Below are positions 23,917 through 37,245 of a stretch of DNA of 64,000 nt, piece after piece. The notes below the pieces were generated by a model that made no database searches, was not told where the DNA came from, and worked only from the letters and a program-made list of their open reading frames with translations. The DNA is from Octopus sinensis (lineage: Eukaryota), in contig NC_043021.1 in assembly GCF_006345805.1 (NCBI RefSeq), positions 8,680,001-8,744,000 of the forward strand, read 5' to 3'. The first letter of the stretch is position 1, and every line of letters begins with the position of its first letter. The translations under genes were made by a program, and so were the position numbers.

Positions 23917-25608
23917 TTTTTTTTTCATTTTTTTGTTGTTAGTCATTCCCGTTTTTACCTTCTGAAAATTACGAATCTATTATTTCTTCCTGTCGCTTAC
24001 ATCATTAATTTTTCTTTCGTTTTTTTCTTTCCATCAATATCTCAAACTTGTGTTTCAAATCCGTTTTAAATAGTATTCAGCTTTTCGGTTACATTTTCAC
24101 GGTGATTACATTAAACGGTTGGCAACCCAGTGAAATATACTTTCTGCACACTAAACTCTACACGTTTGGTAACTTTCTCCCTCATACCAAACTCTGTCAC
24201 TTCTCGCAGTGGTCATCCAGCATGCAAGAAATACGACCTACATGACTATATTCTCAACCAGCCGTCAATTACTGCTGCCATCCGAAATAGCGCTACTTCA
24301 CCAAACAAATTACACCCACTATACTTACAATCACACTACTCACACTAAATATCTTCAGTATTTGATTCCAAGTTTCGCATTTTAAGCTCTTCCATGGTTT
24401 GCTTCGATATAACATTTTTGCTTGTAATATTTAATCCCCCTTCGTCAGCAGTTAGAAATAGTAGCCCCATAATCAAGAAATACATGTCAATAGTTTTAAC
24501 ATCCATTTGATTAAAGGATTTTACTTCAGTCTGTTTTGAAAGAAAAAAAAAACTTTTGTTAAATTATTTCTATTTATGAAATAAATTTGTCATAAAACGT
24601 TTACTTTTCTTCGGTCGCTATTATAACATAAATAATTCATTTGTTGATAAGATATTATATTTTTCAACTACATTTTCTCTGAAACCTTCAGTATAATATT
24701 GCTAGAGATTACTTCACCATAAGAAACACTTCCCAATGAATCACCGATATAGAAAATTGTTTAGCAGAAATAGTTTTAAATTGAGTTGCAACTGTGACCA
24801 CCTTCCTCCTTAGCATGAAAACATCTTCACCTTATAAAATGTAAACCAAACAGATTAACTGAGACTAATTGCACAAGCAGAAACATAATCTGTGTCCCCT
24901 TTAATTAGTCACGTAATGAAGTTAATTGTTGTTTAATTTAATTTTATACACGTCGTTTATGATTATCAGAAATTCAGATATAACCAGACAAAAATAATGC
25001 TTGGTTGAGAAGGACGGTATCTCTTACGTGTAAGAATAATAAAATACACAAGAGTAGAACATTTCTTTTTATTCGACAAATTATAAGGAAGTCGGTAGAG
25101 AATGCACACATATTTTCTGTTGTACAACACAAGTAAATCCAAAAGCAACCTGATAATGCTGATACAGATGATTACTAGACTACCTATAAATAAATATTCA
25201 GCGACATGTCGGTGTGTCTAGCTGTGAAATTAACCACAACAAGAGCCATTTCGGCTGCTTAGAATGGACATCAGCCAGTTTCATTTTTACTTATATCATC
25301 AAGATCCGCTTACCTCCACCCCACTTCTCTGGACATTAAAATAATTGTAACTTAAAGCTACTTATTAAAGTGTAAATTAGTATGCGGTGTCTAGACAAAA
25401 CTCATTTGCATATTGGTAGCTGGGTTTTTGTTTTTCACTAAATTCCTAACGTATTAACACAGTGTGCGTTGTTACTACGTGTGTGTATGTATGTGTCCAT
25501 ACATACACGTATACCTTCAGTTACATGCATGCATGCATGCATACACACATACAGGTTAGAAACCGGTTCTTTCTTTATCGGCAAGAAATCTTGAAATAAA
25601 CTGAATAA

Positions 25609-26027
25609 GGACGCAGGAGTGGCTGTGTGGTAAGTAGCTTATTTACCAACCACATGGTTCCGGGTTCAGTCCCACTGCGTGGCACCTTGGGCAAGTGTCT
25701 TCTACTAAAGCCTCGGCTCGACCAAAGCCTTGTGAGAGGATTTGGTAGATGGAAACTGAAAGAATCCCATCATATATATGTATATATATATATATATGTG
25801 TATGTGTGTGAATATGTTTGTGTGTCTGTGTTTGTCCCCCCAACATCGCTTGACAACCGATGCTGGTGTGTTTACGTCGCCGTAACTTAGCGGTTCGGCA
25901 AAAAGAGACCGATAGAATAAGTACTAGGCTTACAAAGAATAAGTCCTGGGGTCGATTTGCTCGACTAAAGCCGGTGCTCCAGCATGGCCACAGTCAAATG
26001 ACTGAAACAAGTAAAAGAGTAAAAGAG
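25609..26027 (+). mobile_element. SINE family T
   Basis: Family consensus. Confidence 0.87.
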
Positions 26028-26536
26028 AATGACATACATCTGTGTGTGTGTGTACATATGTATGTATGCATAGACGTGAATCCCGATGAATTGTCAGGTA
26101 ACAATGAATCAGGTGAATTTGAATCTCATTACAAGCTATTGAAAAGCCTTCCATGTGTCTTAATTTCACAGTGATATTCGTAACACATAGCAACGAGGAA
26201 TCAAAGAATAAACGTTTCCTTGTCTTCTCTATTTTTGTTCTGTGCAGTTCCACATCTCGGTCTGACGTGTATCAGTTCAAATTCTTCAGTAGAATATCGA
26301 TAAGGTTGCAATAAGAGTTTGCTGTCTGAAAGGGGTACTTTCAGTGGGACCATCTTGAATGGGACCTTCTCAAAAAAATAATGCAGCCGATTCAATAGAA
26401 ACATATCCTTATTACTTGAAGGGTACCTTATTTGTCAACCCTGTAAAGGTGAAAGGCAACGTTGACCTTCAACTCAGAGAATATAGCCCCTGAACAAATA
26501 ATGTATGACTTTCTACACGGCACTCCACCAATCTGT

Positions 26537-26690
26537 GGAGGCACATGGCCTAGTGGTTAGAGCAGCGGACTCGCGGTCGAGGGATTGCGGGTTCAAATCT
26601 CAGACCGGGCGATGTGTGTGTTTATGAGCGAAACACATAAGCTCCACGCGGCTCCGGCAGAAGGTAATGGCGAACTTCTGCTGACTCTTT
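26537..26690 (+). mobile_element. SINE family C' (variant head, 3'-truncated)
   Basis: GGAGGCACATGGCCTAGTGGTTAGAGCAGCGGACTCGCGG...GGTTCAAATCTC tRNA-like head; homologous to 59775-60065. Confidence 0.75.
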
Positions 26691-26764
26691 CTGGATTTCA
26701 CACACCGCCCTTCACATATGATATGTGTATAAATATGTATGTATGTATGTATGTATGTATGTGT

Positions 26765-27145
26765 GGGGGCGCAATGGCCCAGTGGTTAGGGCAGCGGACT
26801 CGCGGTCATAGGATCGTGGTTTCGATTCCCAGACCGGGCGTTGTGAGTGTTTATTGAGCGAAAACACCTAAAAGCTCCACGAGGCTCCGGCAGGGGATGG
26901 TGGTGATCCCTGCTGTACTCTTTCACCACAACTTTCTCTCACTCTTACTTCCTGTTTCTGTTGTACCTGTATTTCAAAGGGCCGGCCTTGTCACTCTCTG
27001 TGTCACGCTGAATATCCCCGAGAACTACGTTAAGGGTGCACGTGTCTGTGGAGTGCTCAGCCACTTACACGTTAATTTCATGAGCAGGCTGTTCCGTTGA
27101 TTCGGATCAACCGGAACCCTCATCGTCGTAACCGACGGAGTGCTT
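26765..27145 (+). mobile_element. SINE family C, full length
   Basis: tRNA-like head GGGGGCGCAATGGCCCAGTGGTTAGGGCAGCGGACTCGCGG (A-box TGGCCCAGTGG; Arg-like TCG in the anticodon-like loop); tail GTAACCGACGGAGTGCTT. Confidence 0.88.
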
Positions 27146-27207
27146 AAGAAAGAAGAATGGTATTAACTACTCTCTTGTGTTTTAATTTTTCTATATTATC
27201 TTGTTAC

Positions 27208-27425
27208 AGGCGGCGAGCTGGCAGAATCGTTAGCGCGCCGGGCGAAATGCTTTGCAGTATTTCGTCTGTCTTTACGTTCTGAGTTCAAATTCCGCCAAGG
27301 TCGACTTTGCCTTTCATCCTTTCGGGGTCGATAAATTAAATACCAGTTGCATACAGGGGGCGATCGAATCGACCAGCCCCCCCTCCCCCAAAATTTCAGG
27401 CCTTGTGCCTAGAGTAGAAAAGAAT
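27208..27425 (+). mobile_element. SINE family A
   Basis: Family consensus. Confidence 0.82.
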
Positions 27426-27499
27426 ATTATCTTGTTACTGACTATCTTATGGTTTTCCACTACCAATTTTTCACATTCCGGTATAACTATTTACTGGTT

Positions 27500-27612
27500 G
27501 TGACGTATATTTGCCATTTGAATATGGCTAACCCTTAAGGGTCGACGCTACTGTAGCTTGTAGCCCCAGGAGGACAGGGGTTAGCCATATTTAAATGGCA
27601 AATATACGTCAC
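27500..27612. mobile_element. Miniature foldback element, 35-bp TIRs
   Basis: GTGACGTATATTTGCCATTTGAATATGGCTAACCC (27500-27534) and its inverse (27578-27612), 1 mismatch. Confidence 0.8.
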
Positions 27613-28324
27613 GATGTGTTGCAGCTACTGTTTATAACTCGCTCAAAGATTTATTATCATTTACTGGTTCCTTTAAAAATATTAATATTTAATTTTTTTC
27701 TGTTCTTAATACTTACTATTTTTGATATAATCCTGTTCTATATTAATACTGCATTACGATATTTTGATTAGGATTTCATTTGCTGTTTTATTCTGTTTAA
27801 TGAGAAATTAATCAGTTTCTTTAATTACACGTCTTCATCTCTTCCTATTTTAGTCTCTCTTCCTATTTTTCACGATCCGCTTCTTGTATTTGTTCTATCT
27901 ACCTTTCTCTTTCATGTTTTCTTACTCATTTTTTTCCCTCATCATCTGAATTCCTTTGATGTTACTCTTGACATACCCATCCCGTTTAACTAATGATCCT
28001 GTGTGATGTCATTGTGCTAATTCAAATACCATCCTCTGTGCTCAGACAGCCATCTTACATTATATATCCTTCATTTCGCCTTACTAAACCTGGCATTACT
28101 TTCGGTTTGTCAAGTAGTATACAAGATTGTCAGTTCTTTTTGATCAATTTACTCTGCACTTTTCTACAAGTATGTCAAAATGATTAATTTCTCGCAACAA
28201 CACTTTGAGCCGCTCCCATTGTTGTATTTATAAAGGCATTAATCTTAGTGCAAGCATGTTGCATCGTTTTCAGTGTGATGATGAGATGACAGAATTGGCT
28301 TACATTTAATATCACATGGAAATT

Positions 28325-28535
28325 AAAGCAGCGAGCTAGCAGAATTGTTACCGCGCCTGAAAAATGCTTAAAGGTATTTCTTCCGACTTAACGTCCTGAG
28401 TTCAAATTCCGCCTTGGTCGATTTTGCTTTTCATCATTTCAATAAAATAAGTACCAGTTAAACTCTGGAATCGATGAAATCGATTTAACCCCGTCCCCAA
28501 AATTGTTGCCCTTGTGGCAAATTTGAAACCAATAT
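28325..28535 (+). mobile_element. SINE family A (old, diverged)
   Basis: GAGTTCAAATTCCGCC and TAAGTACCAG motifs retained. Confidence 0.65.
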
Positions 28536-28559
28536 CACATGAAATTATATTATCATTGA

Positions 28560-28967
28560 GGCGCAGGAGTGGCTGTGTGGTAAATAGCTTGCTTACCAAC
28601 CACATGGTTCCAGGTTCAGTCCCATTGCGTGGCACCTTGGACAAGTGTCTTCTACTATAGCCTCGGGCCGACCAAAGCCTTGTGAGTGGATTTGGTAGAC
28701 GGAAACTGAAAGAAGCCCGTCGTATATATGTATATGTGTGTGTGTGTGTGTGTGAGTTTGTATGTCTGTGTTTGTCCCCCCCAACATCGCTTGACAGCCG
28801 ATGCTGATGTGTTTATGTCCCCGTAACTTAGCGGTTCGGCAAAAGAGACCGATAGAATAAGTACTGGGCTTACAAGGAATAAGTCCCGGGGGTCGAGTTG
28901 CTCGATTAAAGGCGGTGCTCCAGCATGGCCGCAGTCAAATGACTGAAACAAGTAAAATAGTAAAAGA
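28560..28967 (+). mobile_element. SINE family T
   Basis: Family consensus. Confidence 0.87.
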
Positions 28968-29093
28968 ATATATTGAGTTCTACATCCAAAATGATTTATC
29001 CAACACATCTATTGGGGGCGATCCTTGCCGGACAATAGATGTAATACCAATAGCTTCATTCTTTTATTAACTTTACACACAAACACACAAACA

Positions 29094-29144
<51 letters not shown>

Positions 29145-29290
29145 AAGCATATATACACTGATATAGACATGCGTTTTTTTTTTTGTATATCATGCATGAT
29201 ATACACATAAATATGTACATACACAAATATATATGTATATATCTAAATTCGTGTGTGCACATATATACGAGGGGTGTACAGAAAGTTTTG

Positions 29291-29489
29291 TGTGTCTGTG
29301 TTTGTCTCCCACCATCGCTTGACAACCGATGTTGGGTGCGTTTACGTCCCCGTAACTTAGCGGATCGGCAAAAAAGAGACCGATAGAATAAGTGCCAGGC
29401 TTACAAGGAATAAGTCCTGGGTTCGATTTGTTCGAAGAAGGGCGTTGCTCCAGCATGGCCGCAGTCAAATGACTAAAACAAATAAATGA

Positions 29490-29490
<1 letters not shown>
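29291..29490 (+). mobile_element. SINE family T, 3' module only
   Basis: No tRNA head upstream. Confidence 0.72.
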
Positions 29491-29533
<43 letters not shown>

Positions 29534-29534
<1 letters not shown>

Positions 29535-29820
29535 GAGGCGCAATGGCCCAGTAGTTAGGGCAGCGGACTCGCGGTTTCGATTCCCAGACCGGGCGTTGTG
29601 AGTGTTTATTGAGCGAAAACACCTAAAGCTCCCCGATGCTCCTGCCGGGGGAGGGGCGATCCCTGCTGTACTCTTTCGCCCCAACTTTCTCTCACTCTTT
29701 CTTCTGTTGGCCTGCTCGCTTAGCCAGCGGGGTGGCGTCATTCGAAGGCTAAAACAATGCGAAGCACATTGTGACCAGCGATGTGTAGCAACATCTGATA
29801 GTCTGGTCGGTCACGTGATC
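29534..29820 (+). mobile_element. SINE with family C head and a different 3' tail
   Basis: Matches family C up to CTTTCTCTCACTCTT, then diverges (GTTGGCCTGCTCGCTTAGCCAGCGG...). Confidence 0.75.
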
Positions 29821-29857
29821 ATGTGATATATATACCTATATATATATATATAGGTAT

Positions 29858-30010
29858 CAATGGGCTTCTTTCAGTTTCCGTCTACCAAGTCCGCCTACGA
29901 GGCTTCTGTCAGCCTGAAGCTATTGTAGAAGAGACTTACCCAAGTTGCTGCATGTGGGACCGAACCTCAAACCATGTGGTTGCGAAGCAAACATCTTACC
30001 CCACAGCCCC
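29858..30010 (-). mobile_element. SINE family T, diverged 5' module
   Basis: Head-to-head with the copy starting at 30110. Confidence 0.65.
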
Positions 30011-30109
30011 CTACAACTCAACCACACCATATAAACATATCACTGTGATATGCATGTATTTGACTTATGAAAGCTGTCAACGCATGTGTGATAGTCCGTG
30101 ATTACCTAC

Positions 30110-31873
30110 GTAGCTTGCTAACCAACCACATGGTTCCGGGTTCAGTCCCACTGCGTGGCATCTTGGGCAAGTGTCTTCTGCTATAGCCCCGAGCCGACCA
30201 ATGCCTTGTGAGTGGATTTGGCAGACGGAAACTGAAAGAAGCCTGTCGTATATTTGTATATATATATGTGTGTGTGTATGTGTGTGTGTTTGTCCCCCTA
30301 GCATTGCTTGACAACCAATGCTAGTGTGTTTACGTCCCCGTCACTTAGCGGTTCGGCAAAAGAGACCGATAGAATAAGTACTGGGCTTACAAAGAATAAG
30401 TCCCAGGGTCGATTTGCTCGACTAAAAGGCGGTGCTCCAGCATGGCGGCAGTCAAATGACTGAAACAAATAAAAGAGTAAAAGAGTAAAGAGTGTGTGCC
30501 TGGTAAGGCTGTGTGCCTGGTAAGGCTGTGTGCCTTTACGTATGTTCGTCTGTACCTGTGTTCATCTCTGAGCGTAAACTTTGAATTTGTGCAAGTCCTA
30601 AGGATTTGAATAGCGAGCTGTCAGTGAACGATTATGCGCGCCTGTGAATAGATCAGGAATATATATAAGAAAACAAAAGGGCATGTGTCTATGGCTATGG
30701 CTGTATATGTATGTTTAGGAGTGCATGTGCGTATAAGAATGCATAATTATGTGCGTATTGCGAGTTATACGTCATGATTTTATGTGGTTACACATACGAA
30801 CAAGAGTACATATATACACAAATACATACACAAACACTACACACACACACACAATATATATATATATATATATATAGGCGCAGGAGTGGCTGTGTGGTAA
30901 AGAGCTTGTTTACCAACCACATGGTTCCGGGTCAGTCCCACTGTGTGGCACCTTGGGCAAGTGTCTTCTACTATAGCCTCAGGCCGACCAAAGCCTTGTG
31001 AGTGGAATTGGTAGAGGAAACTGAAAGAAGTCCGTCGTATATATATATATTATGTATGTGTGTGGTGTGTGTGTGTGTGTGTGTGTGGTGTTGTGTGTGT
31101 GTGTTGTGGTGTCTGTGTTTGACCCCCCCTAGCATTGCTTTTAACCGATGCTGGTGTGTTTACGTCATCCGTCAACCTAGCGGTTCGGCAAAAGAGACCG
31201 ATAGAATAAGTAATGGCTTACAAAGAATAAGTCCCGGGGTCGATTTGATCGACTAAAAGGCGTGCTCCAGCCTGGGCCGCAGTCAATGACTGAAACAAAT
31301 AAAAGAGTAAAGAGTGGGTGCCTGGTAAGCGTGTGTGCCTTTACGTATGTTCGTCTTGTACTATGTTTATCTCTGAGCGTAACTTTGATGAATTTGTGCA
31401 AGTCCTTAGGATTTGAATAGCGAGCTGTCAGTGAGAACGATTATGCGCGCCTGTGAATAGATCAGGAATACATAAGAAAACAAAGGGTATGTGTCTATGA
31501 CTATGGCTGTATATACACGTTTAGGAGTGCATGTGCGTATAAGAATGCATAATTATGTGCGTATTGCGAGTTTACGTCATGATTTTATGTGGTTACACAT
31601 ACGAACAAGAGTACATATATACACAATACATACACAAACACTACACACACACACACAATATATATATATATATATATAAGGCGCAGGAGTGGCTGTGTGG
31701 TAAATAGCTTGTTTACCACCACATGGTTCCGGGTTCAGTCCCACTGTGTGGCACCTTGGGCAAGTGTCTTCTACTATAGCCTCAGGCCGACCAAAGCCTT
31801 GTGAGTGGATTTGGTAGACGGAAACTGAAAGAAGTCCGTCGTATATATATATAATATATGTATGTGTGTGTGT

Positions 31874-31907
<34 letters not shown>

Positions 31908-32480
31908 TGTGTCTGTGTTTTTGACCCCCCCTAGCATTGCTTGACTACCGATGCTGGTGTGTTTACGTCATCCGTCACCTAGCGGTTCGGCAAAAGAGAC
32001 CGATAGAATAAGTACTGGGCTTACAAAGAATAAGTCCCGGGGTCGATTTGATCGACTAAAAGGCGGTGCTCCAGCATGGCCGCAGTCAAATGACTGAAAC
32101 AAATAAAAGAGTAAAGAGTGTGTGCCTGGTAGGCTGTGTGCCTTTACGTATGTTGTCGTCTGTACCTATGTTTATCTCTGAGCGTAAACTTTGAATTTGT
32201 GCAAGTCCTTAGGATTTGAATAGCGAGCTGTCAGTGACGATTATGCGCGCCTGTGAATAGATCAGGAATACATAAGAAAACAAAAGGTATGTGTCTATGA
32301 CTATGGCTGTATATACACGTTTAGGAGTGCATGTGCGTATAAATGCATAATATGTGCGTATTGCGAGTTATACGTCATGATTTTATGTGGTTACACATAC
32401 GAACAAGAGTACATATATACACAAATACATACACAAACACTACACACACACACACACAATATATATATATATAATATATA

Positions 32481-32524
<44 letters not shown>

Positions 32525-33300
32525 CGCAGGAGTGGCTGTGTGGTAAATAGCTGTTTTACCAACCACATGGTTCCGGGTTCAGTCCACTGTGTGGCACCTT
32601 GGGCAAGTGTCTTCTACTATAGCCTCAGGCCGACCAAAGCCTTGTGAGTGGATTTGGTAGACGGAAACTGAACTGAAAGAAGTCCGTCGTATATATATAT
32701 ATATATATGTATGTGTGTGGTGTGTGTTGTGTGTGGTGTGTGTGTGTGTGTGTGTGTGTGTGTTGTGTGTCTGTGTTTTTGACCCCCCTAGCATTGCTTG
32801 ACTACCGATGCTGGTGTGTTTACGTCATCCGTCACCTAGCGGTTCGGCAAAAGAGACCGATAGAATAAGTACTGGGCTTACAAAGAATAAGTCCCGGGGT
32901 CGATTTGATCGACTAAAAGGCGGTGCTCCAGCATGGCCGCAGTCAAATGACTGAAACAAATAAAAGAGTAAAGAGTGTGTGCCTGGTAAGGCTGTGTGCC
33001 TTTACGTATGTTCGTCTGTACCTGTGTTTATCTCTGAGCGTAAACTTTGAATTTGTGCAAGTCCTTAGGATTTGAATAGCGAGCTGTCAGTGAACGATTA
33101 TGCGCGCCTGTGAATAGATCAGGAATATATATAAGAAAACAAAAGGGTATGTGTCTATGACTATGGCTGTATATACACGTTTAGGAGTGCATGTGCGTAT
33201 AAGAATGCATAATTATGTGCGTATTGCGAGTTATACGTCATGATTTTATGTGGTTACATATACGAACAAGAGTACATATATACACAAACACTACACATAC
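30110..33300 (+). repeat. Tandem array of four ~0.8-kb units, each a family T SINE plus a ~370-bp spacer
   Basis: SINE starts at 30110, 30877, 31680 and 32523; shared spacer GTGTGTGCCTGGTAAGGCTGTGTGCC...CACAAACACTACAC. Confidence 0.92.
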
Positions 33301-33424
33301 AATATATATATATGTATATATATGTGTGTGTGTGTCTGTGTGTGTTGGATCTCATCTTTACTCCCTCGCTATATCTCAGACAGTATTCGGCCTAAAATTT
33401 GTTGCAAACGTCGAGCAGTTTTGT

Positions 33425-33427
33425 CTG

Positions 33428-33513
<86 letters not shown>

Positions 33514-33560
33514 CTACTATCTATCTATCTATCTATCTCGCTCTCTTTCTCTCTCCTTGT
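33425..33560. repeat. (CT)n/(CTAT)n microsatellite
   Basis: Direct reading. Confidence 0.9.
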
Positions 33561-33809
33561 TTCACTGTCTCTCTGTGCATGTGTAAATGTATCTGATCGT
33601 GTGTGTGTATGTGTGTATCTATGTATGTATGCATGTACGTACGTGTAAGTGCGTGTGCGCGCACACGCGTGAATGTGTGTGCGCTCGTGTGAGTGCGTGT
33701 GTGTGGAGCTGGCTGCGTACGCGACATCACTTTTGAATCGACGTGTCGTTCTTAAAACCGTGCCATTGTGAATATAACTGCAAGTACAGATGCGCGTAGG
33801 TGTGCGTGC

Positions 33810-33855
<46 letters not shown>

Positions 33856-34178
33856 GCACACACACACATGTATATGTGTGTATGTATGTATTTACATTTA
33901 CATTTATTACCGGTTTCATAAGCGACATGTGATGTCACGTGTGCAGTGAGAAGGTGGATAAATAATGATGGCGCGAGCACCATAGATTGGGTGTTGGTGA
34001 CGTAATAATCAATGTTCATTTAGAATGTGAAGCTGTTTGCTACATTAGCTTAGCTTTCTGTACAGATCACATTACTGGTGAGGCTTACCTACACGCACGC
34101 ACACACAGACACACACACACATTCATATACACGTGTGTGCGTGTGTGTTTATATATATATATATATTTTCTTATTATA

Positions 34179-34230
<52 letters not shown>

Positions 34231-34367
34231 TGTAATTTTATATGTATCTATATATTAGAAAGCTTCACTGTGGCTGTAATAAGGTGTTTACATTTTTTAT
34301 TGCAGCCACAGGAGGGCTTTCTCGTATTTACTTTTAAATTAAAATCAATTTTTTCATATTTATGCTG

Positions 34368-34381
34368 TATCTATCTATCTG

Positions 34382-34469
<88 letters not shown>

Positions 34470-34530
34470 CCTCTCTCTCTCTCTCTCCTCTCTATCTATC
34501 TATCTATCTATCTACCTACCTATCTCTATA
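34368..34530. repeat. (CTAT)n microsatellite
   Basis: Direct reading. Confidence 0.9.
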
Positions 34531-34653
34531 GATATGTATATCAGTATACATATATTCATACACATACAAAATATATGTGTAGTATAGATACATACATACA
34601 TCCGTGCATACACACACGTATACGCAGACCGAGAGAGACAGAAAGAGAGATAG

Positions 34654-34690
<37 letters not shown>

Positions 34691-35120
34691 TAAAGAGAGA
34701 GAGAAACAGGGAGAGTGAGAGGGGAGGAAGAAAAATAAAGAGAGTAAGAGAGATGTAAAGTAATTTTGGTTTCTGTATGTATTCTTGGATGCGAGAGAAT
34801 TGGTGTAAACGGTTCTGTAGCAGAAGTAGGTTTTTATGTAGAAATCTACAGTAATTTCAATTTTGCGTGTAGATACACTAGAATGGTTTGTATACGTAGT
34901 CTATAGGTTTATGTCTTCTCTCGTTCTCTCTTTGACTTTCTGTTATTCTGTTATTCTGTTATTCTGTTATTCTCTCTGTATTACTCTTTTCTATTACAGA
35001 CGCATAAATTCTCTATTTCTCCGTTGTCTTCTCCCTCAATATATCGCTTTTTGTTTTTCTACACAAATGGACACACACTGCTTCTATGTACACTCGTAGA
35101 CACACATAAATGACAATATA

Positions 35121-35172
<52 letters not shown>

Positions 35173-35224
35173 TACATGCATTCGTTTGCAAATCCATATA
35201 TAGTGTGCACCCAAGCTCACTCAG

Positions 35225-35330
35225 ATAATAGATAGATAGTTAGACAGATGGATCGATAGATAAATAGATAGATAAATAGAGAGATAGACAGACAGACAGA
35301 TAGACAGACGGATGGATGGATGGATGGACG

Positions 35331-35424
<94 letters not shown>

Positions 35425-35446
35425 CAGATAGATAGTTGGATGGACG

Positions 35447-35497
<51 letters not shown>

Positions 35498-35634
35498 GGA
35501 TGGATGGATAGATAGACAGATAGATAGATAGATGGATGGATGGATGGATGGATGGATATATAGATAGATAGATAGATAGATAGATGGATGGATGGATGGA
35601 TAGATAGACAGACAGATAGATGGATGGATGGATG

Positions 35635-35665
<31 letters not shown>

Positions 35666-35814
35666 GGATGGATGGATGGATGGATGGATGGATGGATAGA
35701 TGGATAGATAGATGGATAGATAGATAGATAGATGGATGGATAGATGGATAGATAGACAGATAGATAGATGGATGGATAGATAGACAGACAGACAGATAGA
35801 TCGATCGATCGATC

Positions 35815-35868
<54 letters not shown>

Positions 35869-35880
35869 CAGACAGACATA
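35225..35880. repeat. (GATA)n/(GGAT)n mosaic microsatellite
   Basis: Direct reading; source of the IYLS ORFs. Confidence 0.95.
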
Positions 35881-36202
35881 TGCTCTGCTGCAAATGTTAG
35901 CAACCAGAGAAGCACAAATTAAGCGCGAGCATAATATGCATCCGTCTATTTTATAGTTGGATTATTGTGGAATCTCTCCCTTGAACACCGGACTGGATCC
36001 TAACAGAAACAAATAAAACTGACCTAAAACTCAATGAAATGAAATTTGCATAAACGTGTCTATCGACGTGACCAGAAGTGATCTGGACAAATGATACCCG
36101 GCATTTTGAGATACAGTTCAATAAATAAGGGCATGGGTTTCCCCCCCCAAAAAAGGAAAAATAAAACAAGGTCGTGGGATAATTGGAATGACAATTCTTT
36201 TC

Positions 36203-36390
36203 CTCTTTTACTTGTTTCTTGTCAATTATTTGATTGCAGCCATGCTGGAGCAACGCCTTTAGGTCGAGCAAATCGATCCCCTGAGATTTATTTCTTTGTA
36301 AGCCTAGTACTTACTTCTATCGATCTCTTTAACCGAGCGGGGAAGGTAAACCACCAGCATCGGTTGTCAAGCGATGTTGGGACAAACACC
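36203..36390 (-). mobile_element. SINE family T, 3' module
   Basis: Diverged reverse complement. Confidence 0.7.
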
Positions 36391-36419
36391 GCCACACACA
36401 CACACACCACACATATTTT

Positions 36420-36574
36420 AAATATATATACTAAATATATATAATATATAATTATATATATATATATATATATACATATATATACACATATATACATATA
36501 TATATATATACTTAAATATACATAATTTATATACATAATATACATATATATATATAACATATATATATATATAC

Positions 36575-36608
<34 letters not shown>

Positions 36609-36653
36609 CATTATATATATATATATAATAAATAAGTATATCTATATAATATA

Positions 36654-36701
<48 letters not shown>

Positions 36702-37032
36702 GTATATATATATGTATATAGTATATATGTATATATATATGTATATATGTATATATATATTTTATATAATATATGTATATATGTTATATATATACGTATA
36801 TATGTATATATATATGTTATATATATATATAGTATATGTATATATGTATATATGTATATATGTATGTATATATATTGTAATATATTATGTATATATATGT
36901 ATATATGTATAATATATATATATATGTATATATATATATGTATATATGTATATGTATATATGTATTATATATATATGTATGTACATATATGTATATGTGT
37001 GTGTGCGTGTGTATGTGTATGTGTGTGTATAC
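36420..37032. repeat. Degenerate (TA)n/(TATG)n tract
   Basis: Direct reading. Confidence 0.92.
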
Positions 37033-37127
37033 ACTTACATCATGAGGATATGCTGGTGTAATTGGGATGGCTCTTTTTGTATTGTTTTTTTCTGTTGTTC
37101 TTTAATCTCGTCCCGATATGGAAGAAC

Positions 37128-37245
37128 GCAGCAGCAGCAATAGCAGCAGCAGCAGCAGCAACCACAGCAGCAGCAGCAGCAGCAGCAGCACCACACAGCA
37201 GCAGCAGCAGCAGCAGCAACCACAGCAGCAGCACAGCAGCAGCAG
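37128..37245. repeat. (GCA)n triplet repeat
   Basis: Direct reading. Confidence 0.9.

Noticed and set aside
25028-25183. Candidate S1 exon SLVIICISIIRLLLDLLVL... with AG/GTAAGA sites and a phase-1 end compatible with the big exon
   Set aside because: LLLDL resembles the end of Hv S1, but the D112 and E119 equivalents are absent (I and R) and the rest is not convincing; AT-rich DNA easily yields hydrophobic frames. Worth a junction-read check only.
26201-26404. 67-aa ORF MFLLNRLHYFFEKVPFKMVPLKVPLS...
   Set aside because: Built partly from a degenerate ~15-nt repeat; no recognisable domain or splice support
26765-26840. tRNA-like sequences at SINE heads
   Set aside because: Degenerate cloverleafs continuing into SINE bodies; not functional tRNA genes
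29005-29042. 10-bp stem hairpin ACATCTATTG/CAATAGATGT
   Set aside because: Too short for a pre-miRNA and plausible by chance in 64 kb
30110-33300. Repeat-spacer periodicity suggestive of CRISPR
   Set aside because: Units are ~0.8 kb with identical spacers, in eukaryotic DNA with no cas genes
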